64,000 nt of DNA, taken from assembly GCA_030141605.1 (NCBI GenBank), contig JAQGDQ010000190.1:186001-250000 (forward strand), in the 5' to 3' direction. The position numbers and the translations under genes were made by a program. The notes beneath the pieces are model-generated. The model was not told the DNA's origin. It saw nothing but the letters and a program-made list of their open reading frames with translations, and did not search any database. Below are positions 52,701 through 64,000 of the stretch, piece after piece (within the stretch, counting starts at the first letter, position 1; each line of letters starts with the position of its first letter). This stretch comes from Tubiluchus corallicola (taxonomy: Eukaryota; Animalia; Priapulida).

Positions 52701-55700
52701 CATTCGTCAATCATTAAGTACTCTCGCTAGCCAAGATCTCGTTGAATGCGAGTTTTGCTCCACGGCTTATTTAGGCTTGTGTGAAGTGTATGACACATGC
52801 ACATAGATACACTGAAGAGCATGAAAGCACGGCTGCATTGAAAGTGCAGCCCAGTGAATGAAACGCGAGCTGACTGGCGCAAATTATCTTGATAATGGAA
52901 GAAAATGACTTCATAGTAGCCAACATTACTGGCACGGTCTCAGTGCACGTTAATCAGTCACAATCTCATCAAAATACACTCTAACAGTCAACTGTAAATA
53001 CATCACGATCATATTAATGATCACAATGGGTGTTTTTTTAGTAAAGGCAATATTGGAATGGTTACGAAAGTGGGATCAGAAGAATTTTATGAAGAGGATG
53101 AAATGAAAATAAAGTGACACTAACTGAGGGTAAGCCACCAGACTCAAACTGCAGCAAATTCAGATTACAGATTTTTATACATGTTTTGTTATAATGAGTA
53201 GCACAGTGGGGCACATTAAAAAATCATCACTGCCAGTGGCATAGCTAATAGGGGAGGCATTTGGAGCAACTGCTTTCCCAAGCAAATTTTTCAAAAATGG
53301 TGCCTTTTCAACAGCGCCAAAATTAATTCATTTTACGTTTAAATTAAACACATTTTTATTATGTTGAGCTTAATAAGCTTACTGCAAAAACTTTTTGTTG
53401 TGCTTTAATTTTAAATACGAAATAAAAATTATGTAATTGCCTTTAAAACTGTATCTTCCTCCGTGTTTTGATTTTAAACGCAAAATTAAAAGTGTATAAT
53501 CAATGCGTTAAAAATTGTTTGGTATGTGTCACGGCACCTTTTTTATGTGCCTGCTCCCCTAATTTTAGAACCTGGCTACGCCCCTGGTCACAGCAGGTAC
53601 TGCCTGGTTTAAACAACTGGAACTAGTTTATCTGCCCAGAATGTAGCTATTATATCAAATCATCGGTAAAATTCTATGCCTTTAATTAAAGAAACTAGGA
53701 AATGATTTTCTCTGACTAATGAATCATTCTCAGTGGTCATGTAAATGTTGAGATAACTGGAGCTAAACAACCAGAACAGATCCTGTACAAACACCTAAAA
53801 ATACAAACTAATTAAATTAATGTAAAAAGAATAACTAATTGGTAAAAATGCAAGTCTCACAACAATATTGGCCACTGAGAAGTGACAAAATACAGTGCAG
53901 ATCCAGTTTAGGGCTAGTTTAAAGATGTGTAACTTGCATTCCGAATTTTGGAATATTATAGCTGCAAGGGCTCTAATCCAGGAACAAAAGTCCAGGCATT
54001 TCAGTAAAATGGCAACAATACTGAAATACTCACAACAGTCATGGCTTGTATTGTAGTTTCATCACGACTTGCTGCAAGGTATCCCTCCTTCGTTGTGCCA
54101 CCGTCGCATAAACCAGCAAATGCCGCCATACTTCTGCAGAAACAATGTAACTGTCATCGCGTGTAAAAGTAGTTTTATTGTCTTGACAGTTTAGCAAATC
54201 TCTAGGGATTCTCAGCAAGCAGTAATTAATAATTAAAGAATGAATTCAATCTAGGCAGCTTGTGGCAGAATTCTTTTCTTTCTTTAAGGTGCATTTTAGG
54301 TGAAAGAAAATTCGGTTCAACGAAAGAAGAATATGAAGAACGGAAACAAAAATATTCAATGCAAGTTGCTAAAATGAAAAAACTTAAACTGTTTTCAAGT
54401 ACTAGTGCTCGCTTAACCTCGAAGTCTACATACTTTGTGCTACTGTACACTGATAACACTGCATAATCACTCTAAATAAAGATAAATTCACTGTGTTTAT
54501 CTGTACTTACTTATAAACTTAAGTCTCCTGTATCATATTAAGTTCTTCTGTATTTATGAGATAAATTATAACCAATTTACCTGCCATCACACATATTAAA
54601 TTTTTATGAGCAAAAATGTGCCCAACGATTATAAAGTCTGTTGCAATTTATATTTGCTTTTGTGAGATAATACAAAGAAACGGTGCAAATTCTGCTATCT
54701 AGACATGCTAGCTCAAATCAGGAAAAATATCCGGTTTTGCTGAACAATCTAAGAAGTACTTCATATAAATCCGCAATGGAAAATAATGAAGCTTTCTAGT
54801 CTGCATTAACAAAGCTTAGTCACCATTGATAATTATAGTGATTTATAACAAGTGATATAATGCTTTGGTTGGGGAAAGTAAGGCTGTTTTATGTTAATCT
54901 CTGAACTATACCATAATCAGTGAAGCTGGATTACCTAGCAGCTCTCAGATACATGATGAGATTACCATCTGCCATAGTTGGTTTCCATGTAAGCTCTTCC
55001 CAGTTTTCTGTACGTTCTGGCATATCACGTGGGTGAGTACCTGCTTTACATTCAGGCAACTTGATCACCTGCAATACAAAAATATTAGATTCAATTTAAT
55101 CATGTGCATGCACTGGTTTACACAGTTATAGTTTGCACAAATCGAGGGCCATACAACAGAGGAGGAAAATAGTAATTAATAGGCCATCCACACAGTCATT
55201 CACTATCGTTTTTCATTCATTAGTCATTCACTACACTAAGTGTTGAAGGACTAAGTGAATGCCGATAATGACAGTGAAATTAAAATCATTCACGTCTGAC
55301 AGCATCAAATTGGTCCTCTTTTGCAGGTAAGTAAACAACGCACTGTCACTAAAATAACGAATAAGCATAAATTACATTTTGTAAGTACAGGAACGTGCAG
55401 GAACTTGCACTCATACTGCAGCTAAACCTGCAAAATGGGCAAACTGCGATACCTTGTCAGTTGATAACCTCCTTAGTTAGAAGCGAAAATTTTCCAGTAA
55501 TCGAACATACTTGGTTTTAATTCCCAAAATAGCAGATAATACCAGCTTGTTTAATCTCTTTAAGTGAAATTCTTTTTTATTTTGATCTCGCTTTCCCTTT
55601 GCAGTACATTCTAAAACAAAGCTGGTTTTCAGAATTGGGAAGAGAAGTTAGAGAACACCCCATCAACAAATAGCTATGTGTAAAGTAATTGTCAGTGAAA

Positions 55701-58514
55701 CCGATCGTATGGACAGAGTTCAGTGTTTTGAGTATCAATCCCTTGCAGGACGGTGTGGACTAAGCACAACATAACTGAGGTTAATCGCACTCCTATCCCT
55801 AAGGTTTCAGGCACAACAAAACGTAAACACAATTACAGGGGTTACGAAAAACTAAACAGTTTCTTTTGAAAAAAGCACCACAGTTCCTTCTGAAAAAAGT
55901 ATCAAAACTGCACTTATCCTTGCAGTTATCTGTCACATTGTCAGGTTAGCCTCCATTTAATCACTATACACAGGCTGTTTACTTTGCTGAATAATCAATA
56001 TAAATTGAGCTGGTGCCATACTGTAAGGGTCAGCTATGGAATAAGGTTCTAAATCTTAAATTATTCAACTTCAGTTGCTCAAAATGAAAGGAAAGCTAAA
56101 CCCTATCTTAAGCACTATACTATAACAATGTTACCAATAACACAAATGCTCAGAAAATACCTTTGCAACTTGCATATTTTGTTTTCGACTTACATGCTGA
56201 AAGCAGCATTCTGATGCTAAATGTTGGGAAATTCATGTCTGCAGCAAACACAAGTCAAATTTTTTGCAATGATTTTGAAGTTTTGATAATCAAGAAATCA
56301 AACTTCCGTGAAAGACAATTTGCAGCTGAAAAAATATAGACTCGCTGTTTGTAAAAATACCTGATAGCTTGAGCCTACTCTGATTTCACCCGTATGTGAT
56401 GCCAGTCTTCTAGTTTCTGGGTTGTAGGTAAGCACATAGAAGAAACTATTCTCCTTTGGGGTATACCCTCGTACAGCTGATATGAAGTCTTTGTAATGCG
56501 TTACATAGCATTTACCTCTGAAAAATATCGCAAAAGTTTTATGCCATATAGCTTAGCAGGAACTAAAGATATGACAATTAAATTTGCCAACGTTTCCAGA
56601 AAACAGCCTTGGTTAATAAGCCTGAAGAATGATGATTAGATAATAAATTCATTTTGAGTTTTTGGAATTCATGACTTGCCATGAAATGCTAACCTCACAA
56701 TTCAATTCAATCATTTGTGTCGGAAGAAGGTATATAAAACAATTCATAGGCTAATAATATAGTATAATAAAATATAGACTAACAAATTTACAGAATAAGA
56801 ATACTACATAATCATAAACAACTAAAACCCTCATTTAAAGATAGGTCCAGTAATCAATATCCCAAAGAGAGTTGAAATGCTACAAAAAAAACAACTAAGC
56901 ATTTTAGCCATATTGTCCACAAAAAACACAAGCAAAAAGTTTGCACAGGACTGACAATTGCAAACAAATAATTGTAGTTTACAAGTTCTAGTAATTACTG
57001 ATTTCCAACCTGCATTCATACTGCAACTACCACAAGGTCATAATTTTGTTTTCTGTGCTACGTGTCTGGTGAGCTTCAACTTCATTATTTTTTTGTTTGT
57101 AAATCTACGCCGTACCACACTATAAAGCTTTAGGCTCATTACAAAGATAAATGATACAACTAAAAAATGAAATGTTGGTTACACTGTAACTGAATAAAAG
57201 CAAAATTGTTGATTATAGGCTTGTACAAAATGCCTTACTTTATAGTGTTGAGCGAGTAAAGATCTGTAGCATCTGAGATGAACAACTCTCTGTCTTTTAA
57301 ATGTGGATGATGCGCTGAAACGTCTTTACTGTGATCTGAAAGAACGAAGATTTGGTTACCTTCGCAGGCAAACGCCGCCCTATTAAGCTCTTTCATTAGA
57401 AGACTCAAAAGTGAGAGATAATATAAATCCCCTCTGGCAACAGTGTCCAAAATCCTATTATGCGCGGTGAAAGTTATAAAAATATAAAAGACGGTAACAA
57501 ATCAAAGTGTAAAACATTTGGATAGCGCACATGTAACTGGTAATTGCAGCAGCAGCTGTAGCAGCAACGGAAGGTCTTAAATTTTAACGCCTTGTCTTGA
57601 ACTGGCGAATAACGTCATTAATAAATTCAGTGTCTCGCGGCTTTACACAAGCATTAATTATCAGCTTGAATGAGATGTGATGAGGCAGACTATAGATGAA
57701 ATATGATTATACACTCTGCAGCCCCCGGCTCGGCTGCACTGGCTAAAACAAACATTGTTCAGAATTTCAGACATGGCTGTTTGCGTACGTATCAGTCGGT
57801 CAATATTTTGCTGTTTAAATATTTTTTCAGAAAATACCCGTTGAAGTGTGCATATTTTACAGTAGCCAACTTAGCCAGGTCATACAGCAACAAAATACAA
57901 TTGAATCTGTGATCAAGAACCTTGGTACTTGAGAATTATTATTCTTTTATTTTTACGTTACATATGCTGTCCCCATAAATGAGGTTATTCATTGCACAGT
58001 TTACAATGCATTGTAGTCTTGTATTCAAAAGTAAAAAAAATTAAATAATCAGTATAAAAGTAAATACATATCATAGTTAATATAAGATAAAAGCATTGTT
58101 GTAAAAGCTTGATTACAATTAAAAATAAAATACAGTATCGTGTAGCTAACGATTACTTATAAGCAGTTCCATGAGTTTCTTCTTAAATGTTTCAAATTTT
58201 GTAATTTTACTCAATTCAATTTTGACTGCATACAGTTGTAATGCTTGCTTGCCCTGACTATAAACCGTCTTGTACCAGAATCAGATATTGCAATAAGAAT
58301 AAAAAGTAAATTTGACTTGTTGATACTTTTTGCAGAGATTTCTCTAAAGAAAGAATTCACAGTTAAACGATTACGTCTATAATTAGGGCCTACACGTTGA
58401 CTTACCGCTGTGTTCTACATTTCTGTCTTGGACTAGAAGTTGGTATACTGAATGAGGCACTTCTGAAGTTCTATAATACCATTTCACGACAGCCTGTACT
58501 GTGTCTTTCTTACT
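28751..58514 (-). CDS. RERE: RERE/Atrophin corepressor (BAH-ELM2-SANT-GATA zinc finger-Atrophin domain); 5' end unresolved
   Basis: Phase-compatible exons: 58514-58406 ([22 protein letters not shown]), 57335-57239 (RELFISD), 56517-56361 ([14 protein letters not shown]), 55068-54935, 54133-54034 ([12 protein letters not shown]), 51582-51484, 51282-51202 ([13 protein letters not shown]), 43967-43838 (YYYWKKTP), 42783-42691 (YACRHCFTT), 40602-40406 ([18 protein letters not shown]), 40295-40170, 39299-39210, 38145-37994, 37061-36186, 35898-35757 (YNSCSRCD), 35142-34853 ([15 protein letters not shown]), 33953-33712, 33363-33094 ([11 protein letters not shown]), 31550-31357, 30136-30036, 28862-28751 (stop TAA). 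Confidence 0.96.
30906..31267. mobile_element. hAT-type MITE
   Basis: TIR CACGGATGTTACCGAAA / TTTCGGTAACAACACTA, 8-bp TSD ATAGTAAC/ATAATAAC (7/8), TTTCGG subterminal repeats. Confidence 0.75.
31652..32845. mobile_element. pogo/Tigger-like (Tc1-mariner) MITE hosting a nested hAT MITE
   Basis: TA|CAGTCAAACCTCTTCATACCGCCCACTTT at left versus the reverse complement of the right end, TAGTCAAACCTCGTTATACCACCAAATTT. Confidence 0.7.
31693..32405. mobile_element. hAT-type MITE with internal ~255-bp tandem duplication
   Basis: Perfect 15-bp TIR CAGGGCTGTGGAGTC / GACTCCACAGCCCTG; ACTCCG repeats; duplicated block starting TTTTAAATAATAGTTTGTAGTACTC at 31801 and 32056. Confidence 0.88.
34292..34812. mobile_element. 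MITE-like element, superfamily uncertain
   Basis: ~23-bp imperfect TIR ACTCATATCTTGGTTTGCCGGAC / GTCTGACAAACCAAGCTATGAGT. Confidence 0.6.
37117..37900 (-). mobile_element. 5'-truncated CR1/L2-group LINE with microsatellite tail
   Basis: Minus-strand translation [18 protein letters not shown]...NTRYN...[21 protein letters not shown] matches typical LINE ORF2 C-termini; followed by a 3' UTR and a (TAC/CAC)n tail at 37117-37155. Confidence 0.75.
43306..43400 (+). mobile_element. tRNA(Arg-TCT)-derived SINE head / tRNA-like relic
   Basis: Degenerate A box (TGACTTAGTGC), anticodon-arm-like TTGGATTTCTAATCAAA and B box GGTTCAAATCC; no proper acceptor stem. Confidence 0.45.
45826..45861 (-). mobile_element. 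Helitron-like terminus
   Basis: On the minus strand, an 8-bp hairpin AACCTGCA-N8-TGCAGGTT lies about 8 nt before CTAG|T. A similar arrangement occurs at ~59988-60018. Confidence 0.4.
46150..46290 (+). mobile_element. Penelope-like repeat fragment with minimal hammerhead motif
   Basis: Internally deleted homolog of 50055-50292; contains CTGATGA-GGCTAGCTAGGGC-GAAA-GC-TT at 46202-46229. Confidence 0.6.
48560..49176. mobile_element. Kolobok/T2-like non-autonomous element, copy 2
   Basis: Starts TAAAGGAAAACC; collinear similarity with 16541-17085 (GAATTATTACCAC, TTTGTGA.GTCATCA, TACCGTACTT, AAAAATC.TCCT). Confidence 0.7.
49706..50292. repeat. long inverted repeat (~235-bp arms, ~110-bp spacer) of a Penelope-like sequence
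   Basis: Arm 49706-49941 is the diverged reverse complement of 50051-50292 (e.g. CATCAACTGAAAATTACA / TGTAATTTTCAGTTGATG; TAGTAGCTAAGCATCA / TGATGCTTAGCTACTA). Confidence 0.88.
51283..51483 (-). other. GC-AG intron in the RERE SANT domain
   Basis: ...WNEDET|GCAAGT ... TTTCAG|KRFQKG...; homology requires this junction and no GT donor fits. Confidence 0.88.
51734..52130. mobile_element. hAT-like MITE, partial copy
   Basis: CAGTGGTGTAGCTAA...TTTTTCAAAATTGGTGCCTTT is similar to 53234 onwards; truncated where the Kolobok-like fragment begins. Confidence 0.55.
52134..52499. mobile_element. Kolobok/T2-like element, partial copy 3
   Basis: Matches the 3' ~60% of the copies at 16541 and 48560. Confidence 0.7.
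53234..53586. mobile_element. hAT-like MITE
   Basis: TIR CAGTGGCATAGC / GCTACGCCCCTG, 8-bp TSD ATCACTGC/GTCACAGC (6/8). Confidence 0.75.
57930..58370 (-). mobile_element. degenerate LINE 3' fragment
   Basis: Minus-strand ...[19 protein letters not shown], typical of a LINE ORF2 end, then an AT-rich UTR and AATAA tail. Confidence 0.45.
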
Positions 58515-61500
58515 CTGCAAATAATAAGACAAGTCATGTGAAATTATTGTTTTTAGTGTCAAATTAATGCCTTAATTATGACTGTAAAAGTTGGTGTTCA
58601 AATAATGTTTTACCGTCGAGTGAAACCAGTATGTTTGTATGACAAGCACCGTTAAATGTACACAGATATACGCTGCCCAGTCTCAACATATGTAAACTGT
58701 TTACGAGTGTGCTTAAAGGCTATTCGCGGCCATAAACAGAACGTTAACACAAGCAACGTGTATTTGTTTGTCATCAGGAAAATGAGATTAAACAGAAATG
58801 ATCAATAACAGGAAAATCAACACGACCCTGCCGGTGCGTGGCGATTTCATCTGGAATAGACAAAATTATTGAACGTCGAAGTCAAAGAAATTTCGCGAAA
58901 AATCAGAATCGACTGGTATGCCTATCTGCGTTCAAGAACATGATCACTACTAATGTCATCAATACTTTCTCTAGTACAGCAGTTACAATTTGATTACAGA
59001 TAACTATATATGTAGTGGCTCCTAAATTCAACCAAATACCAAATAGAAAAAGACAAAAATGAACAACATTTATTCACCGTCGCATCAACACTAATGGCTG
59101 TCTAGCGACTTAACACTTACTACAATACAGATGAAAACGTAACACACATGTAACGAATAAGATGTAGGGTTGTGTGTGCTGACGTTGGCAGCCACTAGTC
59201 TCGAACCAAAAACTGCACACACTAACCGCGACTACATTCTACATTTTAGCTAACTCGGCCACCGAACCCAACATAAATTTTGGTAAGACGATACTGTCAT
59301 TTCATAGTCACTTCACCAAGTTCGCCATCGTAAATCTTTCGTTTAAATTCGGCAGGCTTACACATCCATTAAAATTACAAAAATTCTCATCCCACATATA
59401 ATTTGCTCCAGCCAACCTCTCTCGTACAACCTGTTTGCGTAATAACACTCGTTTTATAGACTTACAAATGACACCTCCTGAAAGGCTTTAGATGCGTTTC
59501 TAGCTACAAATCAGTGTCTGACTAATTTTTTACACTTAAATTTATAATATCATGTACATGATCACGCTTTTCCTCAAATAAAAAAAGTATTGTTTAAACT
59601 TTAAACGAAAGATCACAATGACAAAATTGAAAATTTACGTGGGTAGTGTATTACAGAATGAAAACAATACTCAAATGATATAACTACATTCTGTTGAGAA
59701 GATTATTATTACGAGTCAAAAGTTTATTAAATTTCTTATAGGCTGGCACTATTAGTAACATTTTACAATTAAGTGGAACACGTGTTCAACTTACATATCC
59801 TGTGACAACAGATGTATTTCATATCAATTAAGTCCATTATTGGATTGCATAGGCCATCGGAAGCATATAACAGTGAATAGGCCATGCGTATAGCCTTGTT
59901 ATTTCAATTAGCCGTTACTTTGGCTGGCACCAATTTCAGTCTAAGTGCCCTGAAATTAGCTAACTGTTTTTATTATTATTCAAATAACTAGACTGTATGA
60001 CCCGCCTCAGTGTGGGTATGCCAATTATAGAAATCAGAAATAATCTAGTTATTCCTGAATACTACATGCAGCTTGCTGTGTGTATATCAATAATTATACT
60101 GATTAACGTATGACTTAGCTAGACTAAGAGCAGCGTCTTTCCTAATAACATGCAAATTAACAGCTTAGTGATTGTCACTACCGGACTTATAAAACTTAGA
60201 GACCTATTGACGAATGGCTGAACCCTGCCATCGATTAAAAATGCGATGACACCTACGTGGTTGCAAAAATGCGTTACGAGTTAGGGTTACTATTAGTCTA
60301 CAGCGAACATATGAGCCGAAGAAATAAACTGTACAGTACTGGTAACAGTAGCACTGAACAGCCCAGCTGCTATCACTCCCGAAGTCTCCAAGATTCTCCA
60401 TTTTATGCCCTGCTGCCATCTAGTATCAGATAGGCGCATTTGCCAAATATCACACGTCAGTGAAATGCTACGCAGACTATTGATTTTGCAGCATAAGAAA
60501 ATAAATAATTATCGACTGCATCAAAGCAATTCATTCCAATTAAAAAAGCAATTTAGCTAGTAGTGTGAGATTGAAGTTGCGCAAATGAAACTAACAGTAA
60601 AATTACATTAAACTGTTCAATAATCGTGTCATTTATAATGTAATAAGCAAGAGGCATGTACAGCCACTGACTAACAACGAATGGACCTAAAGGATCATGG
60701 TAAACGAATCGAAAAACAAATTAAAATGCTATTTGCTTTGTAGAAACTTTGCTTCTTAACTAACTACCATATAGCACCTAGTTCTGGTTGATAAATTATT
60801 TAGTTCAGTTACTACGTTAATGTAGTTCTGACTGTTCTGTTGCAATTATTTAACTATAATGGTACGTTTTTCCCTAACTATATCATATAGTTCTGTACCA
60901 ATAACACTAATTGTAAATTTGGCATGTAATGCTAAATTTGATTGAAGTGGATAACAAATTACAATACATATTCTCAGGCGTTTTATGTTTTGCAGTTATG
61001 CATTTCTGATACTTATACAACTGTATAACTGTGAAAAATTACACTAGGGAGTATCTTCAGTATTTAGAAATGCGAGTAGAAAGTGTGACTATGGCGAGTA
61101 AGAGCAGTTCCACTTAGTTATTACAAGTTATGTCAAGTTACAAAGCAAACAGAAACTGTTTAGCTACCCAACATACACAAAAATCAAAACACATAATCCG
61201 AGCTAATTATAAGACACATATTTACTAAACAACAGCCCAAGTTTAAAAGAGTTTTATGCTTGAAGTGAAGTTGGACATAGAATAGCTTTCAATTTAATCT
61301 AACAAACTAAACCAGTATAAGACCTACAAGTTATTCAAATATTGGTTGAAAAGTCAAAATTTGTGAGTGTATAAATATTTTAAGCAAAAACAAATCTCAA
61401 CCAAAAATTTCTTTTTGACTGCGAGTCGAGCCCAGATCGCTTTTTTGGGTACACGTATTATTTCACGATACCACGGGGCCCTTCAGTCTTTTAAAAGGGA

Positions 61501-61800
61501 AGAAAAGGGAATTTTATAGTATATCCCAAAGAACTTGCCATACAAAGTTACATTACTTAGCATAGGCTTACGTAAGTGAAACAGAAAACTCTTAATAATT
61601 TAAAATATTTGCGCAACCTCATAAAATGGTACTGCTTCGCCATCCCAATGCGTGCACCGCTGATTCATCAAAAACACATTATTAAAACAAATTAAAGTAA
61701 TTTAAACTTTTACTTAGTTAAGCAAGAATGCAGAACGAACGTTCTGATTATTTTTTCAAACTCTATGCACAGTTATTTAACCTTGTTTCAAACAACTTAC

Positions 61801-61824
61801 CGTTAAAATGACTGTCCCAGTCAT
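61801..61824 (-). CDS. RERE: candidate first coding exon of RERE (MTGTVILT)
   Basis: ATG at 61824, eight codons, then a consensus GTAAGT donor in phase 0, compatible with the acceptor at 58514; CpG-richer sequence upstream. No homology support. Confidence 0.35.
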
Positions 61825-61849
61825 GGGAATTTAAATTTTGAAGTTTTAT

Positions 61850-62400
61850 ACAGCGTTGCTGCTAACGCAAGCCTTATATGCAATAACACAGTAAATAAGC
61901 TATATAAAATTTCAAGACGCATTTTAGCCTTTATTTAGGAAAAGTGTTTTCTTGTGTTTTAAGCTGAGTAACCTACAATAACGCATTTAGCTTGCGGTGA
62001 ATCAGAAAAGCGCAAAAACAGACAAGTAAAATAAGGTAAGAAACAGCGTTCAAGTGTCGTAGAGCATGTAGTATAGCTTTTGTGGAAAAAACAGTGGTCG
62101 TTTTGTCGTGTCCTAGATAAAACTCTACAAGAAACCAATGTCGTACTGAGCATGCGCAATTTCAGAATTAGTTCAGGCAACTTTCACTCTTTATCTAAAC
62201 ATAAACCTGGTAACAACTGTTACTATATAATTTTTATGGTTATATAAACTAAGCTTATGGGATTTCTGCAGCTGTATGTTTCGTAATCATAAAATTATCT
62301 CATTTGAGAGCTACATTTTACTGTTTGCATGTCAACACTGCCTAATAGGCTTGGGTATATATAGGCTTATGGAAGGCAAGAGCCAACTGGATCAAAGCAG
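61850..62400. promoter_or_regulatory. candidate divergent promoter region (RERE side / EGF gene side)
   Basis: CpG-enriched stretch, NRF1-like GAGCATGCGCA near 62148-62158, TATA-like TATATATA at 62356-62363 about 70 bp before the EGF-gene ATG. Confidence 0.45.
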
Positions 62401-62431
62401 ACAAGTAACTTAGGCCAGTGTTCCACTCACC

Positions 62432-63882
62432 ATGGAAACTGTGATCATAATTTTGGGCTGTTTCTTCATTTGCTTATCTATAGGTATAGTATCTTGTTCG
62501 TTGCAAATTTCGAATAGCAAGCTAGAAAAATTGTGATACCGATCTTAAAAAACATATTGCCACGAGAAATTGATGTTTAGGCACATAATTAACTCGGTAT
62601 TGGCAAATATAACATTGTCTTATGTGTAATTTTGATCAACACTTTTTTCTTTTAGGTTGCAGTGACAAAAAATGTCAAAATGGAGCAACTTGCATAGGAT
62701 CTGACACAAATTATTTTTGCAAGTGTGCTGAAGGTTTTGTAGGTACCCATTGTCAAAATGTTAACCCATGCTACAACAACCCGTGCTTACCAAATGGAGA
62801 TTGCATAGTTCCAAATCCTGATGACACACAGGTTCCCATACCTCACCTATGCGTTTGCTACGAAGGATGGTCTGGCACAAACTGCAATGTGTGTAATCCC
62901 TGTACACTAGGTCTGAACTTGTGTGGTGATTATGGTACATGCAATCTGGCGCCAGAAGGCCAAGATTGTGAAATAGAGTGCACATGCCATGATGGCTGGG
63001 TGGGTGAATATTGCAACATTGAAAATCCCTGCACTGATCAGGAAGTATGTAATGGCGGAGGAGACTGCACGCCAAATACTGAAAATCCATCACAACCTGA
63101 TTGTCATTGTTTTGAGGGTTATCTTGGCCAGCACTGTTTGCCAGATCCATGCTATGGAGATGCTAATCCGTGTGGCAGCAATGGTGTATGTCTCCCCGAC
63201 GACCTGGAAAATCCCAGCTATGCTGTGTGTGAATGCGAAGCAGGATGGATAGGACAGCACTGTGAATTTTTAGATCCTTGTTTTGATGAAATGGCCTGCA
63301 ACAACAATGGAATTTGCACGCCCGATGTGGATGACCCAACGAAGCCTGTCTGTGACTGTAATGCAGGTTACATGGGATTAACATGCTTACCCGATCCATG
63401 TTACGAAGACAGAAATCCCTGTGGTCCATTTGGTCAATGTTATCCAAATGACTATGATTACCCTACACAGTCAGAATGCATATGTGATCTGGGCTGGCTA
63501 GGGGAACACTGTGATGTGCAGAATCCATGCTATGGCACTGCCAATCCATGTGCAAATGGTATATGCCATTTTGATCCTGAGAGTCCAGAGGACGTTTTCT
63601 GTACTTGTTATAGTGGTTGGATAGGAGAGTATTGTGACACAGTAAATCCCTGTTATGGAGATCCATGCGAAAATGGGCAATGTACTTATGATGAAGAAGA
63701 CCTTGACAATGCTTACTGCACGTGTGAAGTAGGTTGGATAGGCGAATATTGCCAAATTCTTGACCCTTGTTATGAAGACGCTAATCCATGCGTGCACGGG
63801 TCCTGTAGTTATGATCCCTATGACATCTCCCAAGCTGTCTGCACATGTGATAGTGGATGGGGTGGCGTACATTGCAACAGAG
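62432..63882 (+). CDS. secreted or membrane protein with at least 10 tandem EGF-like repeats (5' part only)
   Basis: Exon 1 62432-62483 encodes a signal peptide (METVIIILGCFFICLSIG) with CACCATGG Kozak context; exon 2 62656-63882 (phase 1-1, ends AGAG|GTACAG) encodes ten 6-Cys EGF units of the form (N/D)PC...C..G.C...CxCxxG(W/Y)xGxxC. Confidence 0.9.
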
Positions 63883-64000
63883 GTACAGTGATTTTTGCTA
63901 AATGTTATTCATACAACTCTTCTCAGCACAAAAACTGCTTCCAGTGCCGCTAATGTTAGTTAGATATTACAATAGCTTACAGACTTGGCAGGTCTTTGGA

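Noticed and set aside
52811-52855. CTGAAGA...GAAA hammerhead-like motif
   Set aside because: Only 4 nt between the core boxes and no helix I/III pairing.
60204-60419. 71-aa ORF (MAAGHKMENL...) as the RERE N-terminus
   Set aside because: No similarity to RERE/BAH and no convincing phase-0 donor.
62761-63872. Minus-strand ORFs over the EGF exon
   Set aside because: Antisense shadows of a repetitive coding exon.

Overview
AT-rich, intron-containing genomic DNA from an invertebrate animal; the species cannot be determined from the sequence, and a tunicate-like compact genome is only a guess. Most ORF-track entries are intron noise. Splicing by hand supports five genes. (1) CRTC (CREB-regulated transcription coactivator), minus strand, ATG 15542, running off the left edge. 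(2) C1D/Rrp47, plus strand, two exons, head-to-head with CRTC. (3) An atypical POT1-like telomere ssDNA-binding gene starting 151 bp after the C1D stop, with OB1 and OB2, a long N-terminal extension and no recognisable complete C-terminal TPP1-binding half. (4) RERE/Atrophin, minus strand, at least 19 coding exons (28751-58514), with a GC-AG intron and an unresolved 5' end. (5) The 5' part of a secreted, very acidic protein with at least 10 tandem EGF repeats. Introns hold many non-autonomous transposon relics (hAT-, Harbinger-, pogo- and Kolobok-type MITEs, LINE 3' ends, a SINE head, Helitron-like ends) and Penelope-like repeats carrying minimal hammerhead-ribozyme motifs. All homology calls are from recalled sequences; no database searches were run.
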